From: an uncultured virus (IMG/VR IMGVR_UViG_3300042154_002964)
Taxonomy: Duplodnaviria > Heunggongvirae > Uroviricota > Caudoviricetes
Reading direction: 5' to 3' (one strand)
IMG/VR virus record: IMGVR_UViG_3300042154_002964
Length of the DNA: 64,000 bases
Part shown: positions 26,944 through 37,854 of the stretch, in pieces
Layout: each line of letters opens with the position of its first letter
Position numbering within the stretch: the first letter of the stretch is position 1
Program-made: the position numbers and the translations under genes
Notes under the pieces: generated by a model
The model's input: the letters and a program-made list of their open reading frames with translations, nothing else
What the model was told of the DNA's origin: nothing
Databases searched by the model: none

Positions 26944-28428
26944 TTATTTCATTGAACCTTTTAATTTACCAAATTTGGATTCTAACCACGAATTTGATTT
27001 TACCATTTTATCACCAAATGATTTCATATTATCGGTCCCAACAATTTTTTCCAATCCACCTGGTTCCATTTCAATACCAAAGGCAAATGCTAATTTAGGG
27101 TCGACATTACCTGTGATTGGTAATTTATATGCCTTCTGAATATCTTTAATTGCTTGTGTTGTTTCGGGTCCGTAAATACCATCTACTTTTCCGTTATATT
27201 TTAATGTGGGAACACCACCCATATTAGCCGGAGTTTGTTTCGCTAATAATATACCTTCTTGGACTTTTTTAACTTTATCTCCTTTATCACCTTCTTTAAT
27301 TGTTTTTTCTTTAAAGAATTCTGCGATACCGACACCAATACCTGTCCCGACCGCTAGTTTACCTAACCCTTTTTTAGTTGCGATTTCTTTACCTGTTTTA
27401 ATTAACGCTTCTTTACCAACATTTAATCCAAATGTTTCACTAATCCAACTAACCATTTTAGTTATTATAGTATCAATACCTGAGAATACTTTACCAATAA
27501 ACCCACCAATATTTTTACCAAAAACTTTAACTATGAATTTTTGAGCATCACCTAAAAATTTACTTAACATTGGTAATTTTTTAATTAATTTTGTTAAAAT
27601 ACCTTTAGCCGCTGGACTTTTAGCTCCGGCCTTAACCGCTTGTTTTAATGTGACACCCGCAGCCTTACCTGCCGCCGCAGTGAATAATAAAGATAGAATA
27701 TCAGTTATTAAAAATAAAAATGGCATTTGTTGTCTTTCAGGGTCTTCAGGGTCGTAATCATTTGATAATATCTCATAGATATCTAACACAACAATTAACC
27801 CCCATATTGCTCTCATAACTACAACAGTTGGGAACATTGATAATATCACATCGGCAATAATACCAATATAACTATTTAAATTACGTCGTACCCAACGTAA
27901 AAATGGTAATACACCTTTTTTCAATATAGGTATAATGACTTTTTGAGCCACAACACTTACACCCTTTTTAATACCTTCCCACGCACTACTAGCGACTGAC
28001 TTAACACCGTTCCACGCTTTACTCGCACCTGACTTGATACTATCCCATAAACCTTCACAAATAACACTAACCTCATCCCAAGATTCGTTGATTATTGTTT
28101 TAGTAACTTCTTTATTGGTAGTTTCAGTTATTAAATAATTTTTGTCAAATTTTTTATCCCATTCAATTAAAATATTCATTTTATCGTTAGGTGATGATAC
28201 TAAGTTTTCAAGTACCATATTTAAAAACTTTCTAGGTGTTGACACCCATTCTGTCAAAGATAATTGACCCTTATTATAACGATATTCAGAATCTGATTTA
28301 TTAATCTTATATAGATTTGAAATAAGATTTGAATTGTATGGTACGAATACTGCAGATTCTTCTAAGATATAAAACCCTTTAGTTGTAAAAATAAATTTTT
28401 CATCATTAGAAATTCCTATATATTTCAT
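26944..28428 (-). CDS. membrane protein with C-terminal peptidoglycan-binding domain
   Basis: Several hydrophobic helices; GDKGDKVKKVQ...VDGIYGPET...LPITGNVD. Confidence 0.75.
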   Translation of the reverse strand: MKYIGISNDEKFIFTTKGFYILEESAVFVPYNSNLISNLYKINKSDSEYRYNKGQLSLTEWVSTPRKFLNMVLENLVSSPNDKMNILIEWDKKFDKNYLITETTNKEVTKTIINESWDEVSVICEGLWDSIKSGASKAWNGVKSVASSAWEGIKKGVSVVAQKVIIPILKKGVLPFLRWVRRNLNSYIGIIADVILSMFPTVVVMRAIWGLIVVLDIYEILSNDYDPEDPERQQMPFLFLITDILSLLFTAAAGKAAGVTLKQAVKAGAKSPAAKGILTKLIKKLPMLSKFLGDAQKFIVKVFGKNIGGFIGKVFSGIDTIITKMVSWISETFGLNVGKEALIKTGKEIATKKGLGKLAVGTGIGVGIAEFFKEKTIKEGDKGDKVKKVQEGILLAKQTPANMGGVPTLKYNGKVDGIYGPETTQAIKDIQKAYKLPITGNVDPKLAFAFGIEMEPGGLEKIVGTDNMKSFGDKMVKSNSWLESKFGKLKGSMK

Positions 28429-28454
28429 ATTGTTTTAATTTATAAATATTACGA

Positions 28455-28709
28455 CTATAGTAAAGTATTTGCTTTACCACGATTTATTTTAACGATGTCA
28501 GCCCATTTAGTTAACCCTATTTGGTTTGCGGGTCCTCTAGTCACACCTGACTCCCATTTTGTAACTGTGGGATATGGGGGTTTACCACCACCTCCACCAC
28601 CTGTACTCGGTGCTGCGGCGGGAGCGGCATCTTGTTCCCCAAGTTCTGACGAATCATCAATATTCGTGAAATGGTTTAAAAGACTTATTATGTTATCAAT
28701 ATTGCTCAT
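28455..28709 (-). CDS. hypothetical protein
   Basis: 84 aa; KWESGVTRGPAN and INRGKAN internal repeat. Confidence 0.7.
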   Translation of the reverse strand: MSNIDNIISLLNHFTNIDDSSELGEQDAAPAAAPSTGGGGGGKPPYPTVTKWESGVTRGPANQIGLTKWADIVKINRGKANTLL

Positions 28710-28770
28710 ATAGTATAAATATTTTTGTTTTCATAAATATTTTAATATCTTTGTTGAAAATGTGAACCCT

Positions 28771-29286
28771 ATGAAATATATTGTAATAATCGTAATCTCT
28801 CTGTTAACATTAACATCTTGTTATAAACAGTATTCCCAACCAAAAACCTTATCATTAAGTGGTGAGTATATCGTGGATAAAATCACGTATTCTAAAATTG
28901 AGAATTCAACAACTCCTGACGAGACAGTGTATTATGGTGGTGACATTTATGTTAATCCTAATGGGACATTCCCTATGGATAGTATAAGTGTTGGATTCAC
29001 ACGTTGGCATTTAGACTATAGTGTAATATCGTTTGACCCACATACCTTAAATACAGGTCAAGTTATTTGGGAAAAACAATATTTCTACACGGTTACAAAT
29101 CATTACACTAACTATGATTTAGGTTATCTTGACTTCACAATGGATAATGGGGGTCGACGAGTATTTAAAATAATTGATGATGGTGTTGAAAACCTGGTAT
29201 TAAGAACTACGGGTCAATGGGGAGCTTACGGAGCGTCAGGTCCTGAAGAATCTTTGACACTTTATTTAACTAGAGTAGGTCCATAA
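28771..29286 (+). CDS. putative lipoprotein
   Basis: Lipobox LTSC; TATCTTTG promoter at ~28746. Confidence 0.75.
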   Translation: MKYIVIIVISLLTLTSCYKQYSQPKTLSLSGEYIVDKITYSKIENSTTPDETVYYGGDIYVNPNGTFPMDSISVGFTRWHLDYSVISFDPHTLNTGQVIWEKQYFYTVTNHYTNYDLGYLDFTMDNGGRRVFKIIDDGVENLVLRTTGQWGAYGASGPEESLTLYLTRVGP

Positions 29287-29319
29287 AAAAACCCCTCTTT
29301 ATCGGAGGGGCTTTAATAT

Positions 29320-29637
29320 TTAAAATAGTTCTGACTTAGGTAGTCTTTTTGGATTTACTAAGTAATATTCATTAAGAAATGAAATTACCTCATCGTCGTC
29401 AATATCATACTCATCCGAGTAATCAAACGCATCTGAGAATTCATCATCAAAGTCTTCACCAAACGCGTCACTAATTTTATTCTTAGAATCAAAATCAAAC
29501 CCAAAACCGATAGTTTCATCTAAATCTATTTGGTCTGTTCTAATTTCATCTTCTTTGTCAAATAACAATCTAAATGTCACATCTAATGTTTCTGATGTTT
29601 CATTGATATAAAAGGATACTAATTCTTTAACTTCCAT
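29320..29637 (-). CDS. hypothetical acidic protein
   Basis: 105-aa ORF. Confidence 0.7.
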   Translation of the reverse strand: MEVKELVSFYINETSETLDVTFRLLFDKEDEIRTDQIDLDETIGFGFDFDSKNKISDAFGEDFDDEFSDAFDYSDEYDIDDDEVISFLNEYYLVNPKRLPKSELF

Positions 29638-29688
29638 AATTTAATCTTTAATTAAAAAATATCTGAAAACTTATTAAAAGTTAATATA

Positions 29689-30420
29689 TTAGTTATATTT
29701 TTTAAATCTTTTGAACATATCCAATGATTTGTTAACTTGTTCCATAATTGGTTCAGCGTCTTCATCATCAATACCTAATTCAAATGAAAATTCATCATCA
29801 TTTGATTCTTCATTGTCGTGAGTCAAATCAAGACTAAATTCAACATTATCGTCACCATATTCGTCATCATCAAATGGTATAATATCACCTAAATCGAAAT
29901 TTTCGATATCACCATCAAAATCAACTGTTCCGTGTTTAACATCACTATCTCTGTCGGCAATCATATCCAATGGTGCTCCAAATCTGTCTTCTTGTAATTC
30001 AAAATCAAATTCAGTGTCATAATCAACGTCGTGTTTCGGCCAATCTTCAGATGGGTCTTCCTCATAATGGAATGGTCTTTTAGCTGGTTTACTAAAATGT
30101 TTTTTAATGTCGGACTTTGCAGATTTTTCGGCTTTAGGGTTAGAATAATCATCTTCTTCCGCAGAAAATAAACCTGTGGACTTATTATCAAATCTCATTT
30201 CATTGATACTTTCATTTATTCCAAAGTTTTTATAACCACTAACTTCACCTCTACTATTAACAGTAACACCTTCTTTATCTTTGGCCATATCAACTACGTA
30301 TAATGGTGTCATATTATTACCATTACCATATTCTGTCACATAACCATCATAAGTTGTTTTATGTTTATCTAATATGTTTTCTCTTTCTTCGTTTGTTACA
30401 TCGAAATAATATTTTCTCAT
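29689..30420 (-). CDS. hypothetical acidic protein
   Basis: 243 aa; VTNEERENILDKH N-terminal module. Confidence 0.75.
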   Translation of the reverse strand: MRKYYFDVTNEERENILDKHKTTYDGYVTEYGNGNNMTPLYVVDMAKDKEGVTVNSRGEVSGYKNFGINESINEMRFDNKSTGLFSAEEDDYSNPKAEKSAKSDIKKHFSKPAKRPFHYEEDPSEDWPKHDVDYDTEFDFELQEDRFGAPLDMIADRDSDVKHGTVDFDGDIENFDLGDIIPFDDDEYGDDNVEFSLDLTHDNEESNDDEFSFELGIDDEDAEPIMEQVNKSLDMFKRFKKYN

Positions 30421-30453
30421 AATTTTTGTTTTCTTATAAATATCGTTTATTGA

Positions 30454-31179
30454 TTAATAATCATCATCTTCATCCTCTTCGTCCTCATACCCGTCTTCAT
30501 AGTAATCTTCATCCTCGTCCTCATCATCAAGAGTACTGTCAAATTCTTTTGACATTGGAAACGACATATATATTTGCATAAGAGTTGAAGTATCCCTTCT
30601 CATACGTCTCTCAACTGATTGGGGGGTAATTTCTTTATCTTCATCCTCAAGCATAGACATTGCTCCTGAAATCATCACATTACGAACTTCATCTGCGTGT
30701 TCTAATGCGTATTTTAACGCTTTTTTATTACTAATGTTTTTATATGTGATAAAATGTTCTAATCTTTCTTTACCACAAGATAAGAAATACCCTGATTCCA
30801 ACATATTAACAATACTTGTTGCTCGAATAGCGGTTAAAAATAACTTTATTTTTTTCCAATCGTAGTTTTTTAATATTTGACGATTTTTTAAAACAAAGTC
30901 TGACATTGATTTTTGACTCTCAGTTAACTTTTTTCTAGGTTTAACTGACTCAGTACGTCTTTTTCTTCGGTTATTAAAGTCTTCCTCATATAACCATATA
31001 TCTTCACCTGAGATTAAGTTAAGACGAGAACCATTGTCCCAATCGACATAATATAAGTCATCCCCAAAAACATTACTTGAACTTAAAACGGTTCCCGCAG
31101 TTCCCGGTGGGACTGCAGAATAAGGGTCGGACATTTTGAGTACTACTACTCTATCACCTTTTTGTAATTCTGGATTCAT
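30454..31179 (-). CDS. DUF4314-domain protein
   Basis: GDRVVVLKMSDPY...PPGTAGTV...VDWDNGSRLNLISGED. Confidence 0.7.
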   Translation of the reverse strand: MNPELQKGDRVVVLKMSDPYSAVPPGTAGTVLSSSNVFGDDLYYVDWDNGSRLNLISGEDIWLYEEDFNNRRKRRTESVKPRKKLTESQKSMSDFVLKNRQILKNYDWKKIKLFLTAIRATSIVNMLESGYFLSCGKERLEHFITYKNISNKKALKYALEHADEVRNVMISGAMSMLEDEDKEITPQSVERRMRRDTSTLMQIYMSFPMSKEFDSTLDDEDEDEDYYEDGYEDEEDEDDDY

Positions 31180-31225
31180 ATTTTGATTTTATTAGATAAA
31201 TATAATTAATAAGGTATTTATATGT

Positions 31226-31861
31226 ATGAGAAAAACTATTTTAATAACTGAAGCACAACAACGTGTAATTTTGTGCGAGTTGGCTAATAAGGAAATTGAT
31301 AGTACTATTGGTGAAAACGATAAATTAGTTAAACGAATCGCGAAACAAGCGTCAGACCAAATTAAATTTGATTTAAGTATATTGGGTACTTTTAGTTTGG
31401 CTATTGGTGGTTTAATGGGTCCGTTGGAAAAGTTCATTCACGGTGAATACCCTGAAATGTCAACTATGGAGATTAGTTTATTGTTAGCGGGCGTTGGGTT
31501 CCAATATATGTTGGATAATAAAGTTCCGTTATCAAAGTTAATTCAAAAGATTAAAGAAGATGGTTTGTACGATATCTACCAAAAAGTTCTTAAAAAATCT
31601 GACGTATTAAAAGATTCTTTCTTATCATTTGTTGATAGTTTAGGGGTTAGTGTTAAAAAGACCGCAAATATTATGGGATACACATTCTTAATCCCGTTAA
31701 TCCCCCTTATATATAATATGGTAACTAATGGTCAATTCAGTGAGAATGATACCGTTGAAATAATTAAAAGATTGTCAGGATTTGTCGGTCTTAATTATGG
31801 TGGTATTGGTTTAAAAGAATTGTTGTCATTAATGGTTGCCCGTTTCCGTAAAGAAAAATAA
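31226..31861 (+). CDS. hypothetical membrane protein with ILITEAQ module
   Basis: 211 aa; TATTTAT at 31215-31221. Confidence 0.75.
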   Translation: MRKTILITEAQQRVILCELANKEIDSTIGENDKLVKRIAKQASDQIKFDLSILGTFSLAIGGLMGPLEKFIHGEYPEMSTMEISLLLAGVGFQYMLDNKVPLSKLIQKIKEDGLYDIYQKVLKKSDVLKDSFLSFVDSLGVSVKKTANIMGYTFLIPLIPLIYNMVTNGQFSENDTVEIIKRLSGFVGLNYGGIGLKELLSLMVARFRKEK

Positions 31862-31932
31862 CATTAAATTTGACTTTTATTAAAATGATATTATAATTGG
31901 AATACAATAATAAAATCAATAAATAAAAATTT

Positions 31933-32421
31933 ATGTTTAACAAAAATTACCCAAGCATCTTTGATAGCTTTTTAAGTAATGAGACAGATTTATTCGAATC
32001 TTTCTTCAATCAATTTAACAAAACGTTAAAACCAACAGTTGGTGAAACTAAAACTGAAAGTGGGGTTAATGAAGATGGTAGTAAATGGTACAAAACTACA
32101 TTCACATCTAAAGATGGTAGTTACACTCAGTCAGTGTATTCTTCAACACCTAACTTATCTAAAACTTGGACACCAAAAAGTAAAACTAAAACAACCGTTA
32201 CTGACTCAACAATTACTGAATTGACTGAGAATTTAAATAAAGCGGTTGAGGCTCAAGATTACGAAAATGCGGTTAAATGGAGAGACGAAATTAAGGCTTA
32301 TGAGAAAAACGCTGATGAGGTTAACACATTGAAGTCTAAATTAGAAACTGCGGTTTCAACTCAAAATTATGAGGACGCAATCAAATTGAGAGACAAAATC
32401 AATAAATTGACTAATAAGTAA
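31933..32421 (+). CDS. tandem UVR (UvrB/UvrC motif) domain protein
   Basis: LNKAVEAQDYENAVKWRDEI and LETAVSTQNYEDAIKLRDKI. Confidence 0.85.
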   Translation: MFNKNYPSIFDSFLSNETDLFESFFNQFNKTLKPTVGETKTESGVNEDGSKWYKTTFTSKDGSYTQSVYSSTPNLSKTWTPKSKTKTTVTDSTITELTENLNKAVEAQDYENAVKWRDEIKAYEKNADEVNTLKSKLETAVSTQNYEDAIKLRDKINKLTNK

Positions 32422-32469
32422 TATTAGTTCATATAAAATAAAAAAGGTCATATAACTATGACCTTTTTT

Positions 32470-33486
32470 TTATCTCTGATAATTTAATATTTGTGTTTTA
32501 ACTTGTTCTTCCTCATCAGGTGTTAAACCGTGAATGTCTCTATGGTTCTCAAACCAATCATTAACAACCACATCAATTGGTACTTTCCTTAATTTGGCTA
32601 GTCGTTTAAATCCTTGGTATTGTGCGGGAATTTCGTGAGCCTGTGTATAATACTCTAAAGATGTGTCAGGTTCGTCTACAACTCTTTCAAATTCCCCGTG
32701 ATATTCTTGTTTAGAATGTTCCATTTCGTGAGCCAAGACTTCATTTAATTCGCCAGCCAATTCGTATAGTTGTTTTGTTATAGTATTTGGGTTGTATTCG
32801 ATTCCAATTTCAATAACATCGTCATCGGGGGAATAATAACCTTCTACTTTATAACCACCAATAATGTCGTTTAATTTTAATGTTAATTCAACAGAATATG
32901 TTTGTTTAGAGTTGATGAAACTATATTCCTGTTCACCATTAATATCTTCAGGTAAAAACACACCACCTTCTTTTTTATCTTTAACTGTATTAAGAATGTC
33001 TTTAACGATAGTTCTAATTGCTAGTCGATTCATACGAATTTCATTTAATTGTTTTGTGTCCAACTCAAGTTCTGACGAATATACTAAAATTTGCTCAATT
33101 TTAAAATGTTTAATTTGTAATGGTTCTAAAAATTCTAAAATTTCTTGTTCAATTTGTCCTAACACATACAATTGGTTCATTAAATCCATAATATCCATAA
33201 TACCATTATTCTCATTAAAGTCAAAATTGCTCTCTTTAAAAAGAGTAAGGACTTTTTTAAATGTTTCATTTAAATTAAAAATGGTTACGGAAATCGTGTA
33301 AAATTCAGTCCAATCACCAATTCTTACCATTTTTTTATTTTCGGGTAAAAATTGGAACATATAATCAAATGAATAATAATCTTTTTTAAATTTAAAATGT
33401 TTTTTAACTAATCTTTTATTGATGTTATCAATAACTTTTTTTGGTAAAACTTTATTTACAGTTTTTATGTCTTTTTTGTCGTCCAT
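32470..33486 (-). CDS. hypothetical protein with C-terminal HExxH zincin-like domain
   Basis: VLAHEMEHSKQ...YYTQAHEIPA. Confidence 0.7.
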   Translation of the reverse strand: MDDKKDIKTVNKVLPKKVIDNINKRLVKKHFKFKKDYYSFDYMFQFLPENKKMVRIGDWTEFYTISVTIFNLNETFKKVLTLFKESNFDFNENNGIMDIMDLMNQLYVLGQIEQEILEFLEPLQIKHFKIEQILVYSSELELDTKQLNEIRMNRLAIRTIVKDILNTVKDKKEGGVFLPEDINGEQEYSFINSKQTYSVELTLKLNDIIGGYKVEGYYSPDDDVIEIGIEYNPNTITKQLYELAGELNEVLAHEMEHSKQEYHGEFERVVDEPDTSLEYYTQAHEIPAQYQGFKRLAKLRKVPIDVVVNDWFENHRDIHGLTPDEEEQVKTQILNYQR

Positions 33487-33550
33487 ATCTTAATTCAATA
33501 TACTTATAAATACCAAATATGGTATTAAACTCAACCTCATTTATTTTTTT

Positions 33551-33961
33551 ATGGAATTAATATCAAGTCACCCGATTAAAAAGTCGGATTTAGGCTTTCA
33601 CGGGAACCTATTCGGTGGGTCATTATTAAAGTGGATTGATTCGGCTGCGGCGGGATATGCAATGCAACTATGTGATACACCAAGAATGGTTACTGTCTCA
33701 ATCGACAAATGTAATTTTGAAAAACCTGCAAAGGAAAATCAATTGTTAAAAATCTATGGTTACCCCTCAAGAATAGGGAATACCTCAATAACAATTTATA
33801 TGGAGGCTAGGTCCCATAATGTTTACACCGGTAAACAAGAATTAGTTTTGAAAACAAATATCACATTTGTTAGGATTGATGATACAGGTTCCCCAATTCC
33901 AATTAGTGACAGAGTAAAAAATAAGATTAATAAGATAATCGAAGAGATTGTATTAGTCTAA
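33551..33961 (+). CDS. acyl-CoA thioesterase (hotdog fold, YciA-like)
   Basis: DLGFHGNLFGGSLLKWID...VTVSID...GNTSI...TFV. Confidence 0.88.
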   Translation: MELISSHPIKKSDLGFHGNLFGGSLLKWIDSAAAGYAMQLCDTPRMVTVSIDKCNFEKPAKENQLLKIYGYPSRIGNTSITIYMEARSHNVYTGKQELVLKTNITFVRIDDTGSPIPISDRVKNKINKIIEEIVLV

Positions 33962-34840
33962 GAAATGGACCTTAATTTTAAGTTCTGACGAACCTTTAAT
34001 GACTCTATGATAAACACCTTCAGGGATTACAATTTGTGTCCCTGGTGTTAATCTTTTTGGTAGTTCATTATCAAATTGAATCTCCCATCCATCACCTTCG
34101 ATAACTTCAACCAATCTATCTTCACGGTCACGATGCCATTTCAATTCCTCATCATCAACATTCTCAGAAAAAACTCTAACTCTAACACTTTCATTTATTT
34201 CTTCATCATATGGTAATTCGTCATCAGATTTATCCGTGTCCAATTCTTCAACATCCATATGTAATGAATACCCTTCAAATTCATCAGATTTTTTGACCAT
34301 ACGAGTTAATACAATATTAAGTGTTTTCTCACCGGCTTTTATAAGTGAATCGTTATTTGGTTCATTTGTGTTTAATCTAACAATGACCCTAATAGACATA
34401 CGATTATAAGGTATCCAATTAGTATTTTCAGGAGCAACGTATTCTACTTCAAAATAGTTATCATCAGAATCAAAACTTGACAAACTTTTTTCTAATTCAG
34501 TTCTAAACTCTTCCGATAATGAAACTAACGAATCAAATCTTTCAGGAACATCTGTATTATAATAAATTCGGTAATTAATTGAATTAACGAGTCTACTTAT
34601 TCGAGCTAATTCACGAATTTTAGAATTAAATGCCTCTTGATTATTTTCATCTTCCCAAAAACTATCATCAGAATTTATATAGATATCAAATTTTGGTTTT
34701 TGATTATATATGTCATATAATTCTTGAACTAACTCAACACTTGGTAAGTCATTAATCTCAACACCTAATTCTTTACTTGTTAATCTAATTGCGTGTTTGA
34801 TATATTTTTCAAATATATTTTTAACTTGTTCTTTTGTCAT
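33953..34840 (-). CDS. hypothetical protein with C-terminal cupin domain
   Basis: WHRDREDR...IPEGVYHRVIKG. Confidence 0.7.
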   Translation of the reverse strand: MTKEQVKNIFEKYIKHAIRLTSKELGVEINDLPSVELVQELYDIYNQKPKFDIYINSDDSFWEDENNQEAFNSKIRELARISRLVNSINYRIYYNTDVPERFDSLVSLSEEFRTELEKSLSSFDSDDNYFEVEYVAPENTNWIPYNRMSIRVIVRLNTNEPNNDSLIKAGEKTLNIVLTRMVKKSDEFEGYSLHMDVEELDTDKSDDELPYDEEINESVRVRVFSENVDDEELKWHRDREDRLVEVIEGDGWEIQFDNELPKRLTPGTQIVIPEGVYHRVIKGSSELKIKVHFLD

Positions 34841-34841
34841 A

Positions 34842-36233
34842 TTACCAATTTCTTGAAGATTTTAATCCTAATTTTTTTGCGTATCTACCGACATTACAAC
34901 TCCAATATCCTGCGGTTGTTCTATCTTTCTTTTGGTCACATTTATGTCTTGCTCTAAATGATTTTGCTGCCCCCTTGTTATTATTTTTAACTCTTAAATT
35001 GGGGTCACCAAAAGTGACTTTCTTAACAGTTCCTTTACCTGTCTTAACATATACCGCAAATTTCTTTGGTCCGCCTGGTGTTCTAAAAGGACTACCTAAT
35101 TTCACATTCTTACCTCGGTGTAATGCCTCATTAATTGAATCTTCCAATTCATCGTGTTTAAATACTTTTGAATCTAAATCTCTATTTTCAATCGGAGCAT
35201 ATTCGAATGTGAAAGTGTCTCGACCAAATGGGTCACGGTCATCAATATCAATTCTTTCTAAATCTTTTTTGAAAAAGTAAGGTTTATTTTTATTAATAAA
35301 AACAAAATAATCAAAATCTAAATCTAAAAATCTTTTGAAGTGTGGAACACCGGTAACTCTAAAATGTCGAATAAAAGTTTTAAATAGAATATTGTATATA
35401 TTACCCATTAAGAATAATTTAGTAATACCATCAAATGTTATACTAAAATACCTCATTGACCCCATCTTTTTGATAAGTTTAATCCTATGGTCCTCACTTA
35501 AATTTAACCCCTCACGGATTTCTCTTTCATCTTCATTTTCTTCCTCATACATTGGTGCGTCCAAGTAAACTTCTTCACCACCTTCAAGGATTACTTTTTT
35601 ACCTAAATCAGATTCTACTAACCAAGTATCTTCTTCATTAAGACGTATTAAGTTTTTATTATATAATGACCTAACTTCATTAACTAAGTTGAAGAACCCC
35701 TCAGAATAAATTCTAAACACATTCTCACTCAACGAAATCTCATTATCAATATGATATTTTAAAATCTCAGATACGTTAACTTTACCTTCTAATTTCATAG
35801 TTTTTTTACCCCATTTTTTACCTTTACCTTTAGTTCCACAAGCCGATGGTGTTGGTCTACACGCCGGATATTTTGACCTATCCTCACCCTCACTTCTTCC
35901 ACAGGACTTACAAGTTTTTTTACCATTGGAATCTGTACGACAAGTATTACAGTCAACCCAACCTTGAGATTTACCTTTACCACCTTGTCTTGAAAACCAT
36001 CCGTGTAACCCTGACTTCTTTTCTTTGCTATAATCAGTTTTTTTGGCTTCGTCAATTGGTTCAACTTCTTCTTTCCAAATTTTACCTTGTCGACATTTAA
36101 CTACCGCACCTGACGCATACGCAGAAGGCCAAGTGTCGTATTTTTGTTTAGCTAGTCTAACACATCTATCCGCCTTCTTCTTCTTATTTTTAGATTCATT
36201 AAGGACTTCATATATTAATTCATCAATATTCAT
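34842..36233 (-). CDS. multi-module basic phage protein
   Basis: WPSAYASG, Cys-rich PACRPTP module, C-terminal KKFAVYV...FGDPNL...SFRARHKC...AGYWSC. Confidence 0.75.
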   Translation of the reverse strand: MNIDELIYEVLNESKNKKKKADRCVRLAKQKYDTWPSAYASGAVVKCRQGKIWKEEVEPIDEAKKTDYSKEKKSGLHGWFSRQGGKGKSQGWVDCNTCRTDSNGKKTCKSCGRSEGEDRSKYPACRPTPSACGTKGKGKKWGKKTMKLEGKVNVSEILKYHIDNEISLSENVFRIYSEGFFNLVNEVRSLYNKNLIRLNEEDTWLVESDLGKKVILEGGEEVYLDAPMYEEENEDEREIREGLNLSEDHRIKLIKKMGSMRYFSITFDGITKLFLMGNIYNILFKTFIRHFRVTGVPHFKRFLDLDFDYFVFINKNKPYFFKKDLERIDIDDRDPFGRDTFTFEYAPIENRDLDSKVFKHDELEDSINEALHRGKNVKLGSPFRTPGGPKKFAVYVKTGKGTVKKVTFGDPNLRVKNNNKGAAKSFRARHKCDQKKDRTTAGYWSCNVGRYAKKLGLKSSRNW

Positions 36234-36274
36234 TGGTCGTTGTTTTATTAAATAAATATCCCTATCTTTGGGTT

Positions 36275-36679
36275 ATGAATAATAAATATCTATATATCCT
36301 AAGAGGTTTACCGGGTGCTGGTAAAAGTACATTAGCAAGAACTATCGGAGCCGTTTATTTTGAAGCTGATATGTTTTTTTTGGAAGGTAAAGAATATAAA
36401 TTTAACCCAACCAAATTAAAGGACGCTCACGCTTGGTGTCAAAACCAAGTTAGAACATCTATGAAGAATTCTGATTCAAAGTTGGGGGATAGTAAAATTG
36501 CCGTCGCAAATACTTTCACTCAAGAATGGGAAATGCAACCATATATTGATATGGCTAAAGAATTTGGGTTTACCGTATTTACGTTGGTGGTTGAGAATCG
36601 TCACGGTGGAACAAATGTTCACAACGTTCCCGAAGAAGTAATTGATAAAATGAAAGAAAGATTTGAAATTAAATTATGA
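36275..36679 (+). CDS. AAA_33/polynucleotide-kinase-like P-loop protein
   Basis: LRGLPGAGKST, EADMFF, VANTF, HNVP. Confidence 0.85.
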   Translation: MNNKYLYILRGLPGAGKSTLARTIGAVYFEADMFFLEGKEYKFNPTKLKDAHAWCQNQVRTSMKNSDSKLGDSKIAVANTFTQEWEMQPYIDMAKEFGFTVFTLVVENRHGGTNVHNVPEEVIDKMKERFEIKL

Positions 36680-36906
36680 AACTAATTAATATATTTTTTA
36701 AAACTGCCCAAATATATATTGCACTTAAAATATGTTCGGCATTGTACTTGGTTCATTACTTACCTAAACAACATTCAATAGACAATGTAATATGGTGGGT
36801 TTCTGTATTAATACTTGATATGTGGTTAAATTTAGTCGTATTCAGTAGTGATACTGTTAATATCACTATTAAAGAGCCTGAGAAGACTGAGGACGAAAAA
36901 GAATAA
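36676..36906 (+). CDS. small membrane protein
   Basis: Two hydrophobic segments; overlaps upstream stop codon. Confidence 0.55.
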   Translation: MKLINIFFKTAQIYIALKICSALYLVHYLPKQHSIDNVIWWVSVLILDMWLNLVVFSSDTVNITIKEPEKTEDEKE

Positions 36907-37128
36907 TTATTTAGAACGACTTCGTAATAAGAAATATAATCCAAAGAATAATCCCGAAATGGAATATAAAACGAGATTTGCTTTCATTAAACTTCCTGTT
37001 AGTGTAATAAGATAATATTGAACCACGTCGAACCCGAAAGGATTGAAAAACATCGCTAACACAAGACATTTTACTGCCATATTTCCCATAAAGATTTTCT
37101 TCCACGTCTTGATTTGTCCCTTCATCAT
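36907..37128 (-). CDS. small membrane protein
   Basis: LAMFFNPFGFD...LYSISGLFFGLYF. Confidence 0.65.
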   Translation of the reverse strand: MMKGQIKTWKKIFMGNMAVKCLVLAMFFNPFGFDVVQYYLITLTGSLMKANLVLYSISGLFFGLYFLLRSRSK

Positions 37129-37225
37129 CCATATATTTTAATTTAAGATTTATGCGTATATCAGCATTTTCTTGGATAAATATAAATACGTTAATATTTA
37201 TAAAAGAATACTAAAAAATTCTAAT

Positions 37226-37753
37226 ATGAAAAGATTTATTATAGACGAAAACAAACTTCGAAACACGATACGTAAAAAAATCCTTGAGCAATCATCAATG
37301 GAGGATAAAGAGCAAGAACAAAAACCAAGATGTTTGACCAATAATATTGTCCGATTGGAGGATATCGTTGGTAGAGCTGACGAGTTAGACAATTATACAC
37401 CAGGTATAACTAAAAGATTATCGGGAGTAAACTCAATGGTTGATACTTTAGGTATCCTAAATAACATTAGATTATTTAAAGATGTTAATGATGGTGGTGC
37501 TCACTTATCGTATGAAATGATGAACAATTTAAATAAATTTCGTAATAAAAACTATTACGATGAAACAACAGGAAATTGTCATAAAGCGATGGATAAAGTG
37601 ATTGAGTTATATAAAGAACACGAACACGGAACCGAACTAGTTAAAGATATTGAACGAGTATTGAATCTTCAATCTAAAGAAGATGAATTTACACCTTCTT
37701 CAAGAAGTAAAGAATACTTAAAACAATGTTTAAACCTGATTAAAGGTAAATAA
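37226..37753 (+). CDS. hypothetical protein with FIIDENKLR module
   Basis: ORF with TATTTAT upstream. Confidence 0.75.
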   Translation: MKRFIIDENKLRNTIRKKILEQSSMEDKEQEQKPRCLTNNIVRLEDIVGRADELDNYTPGITKRLSGVNSMVDTLGILNNIRLFKDVNDGGAHLSYEMMNNLNKFRNKNYYDETTGNCHKAMDKVIELYKEHEHGTELVKDIERVLNLQSKEDEFTPSSRSKEYLKQCLNLIKGK

Positions 37754-37854
37754 AGAAATCCGATTAGGACCGTTACCGTTATGGTAACACTTAAAGGGGA
37801 AGGTTCGCTACCATTCCCCTTTTTTAATGCCCGATATTTATCAATAAAAACATT

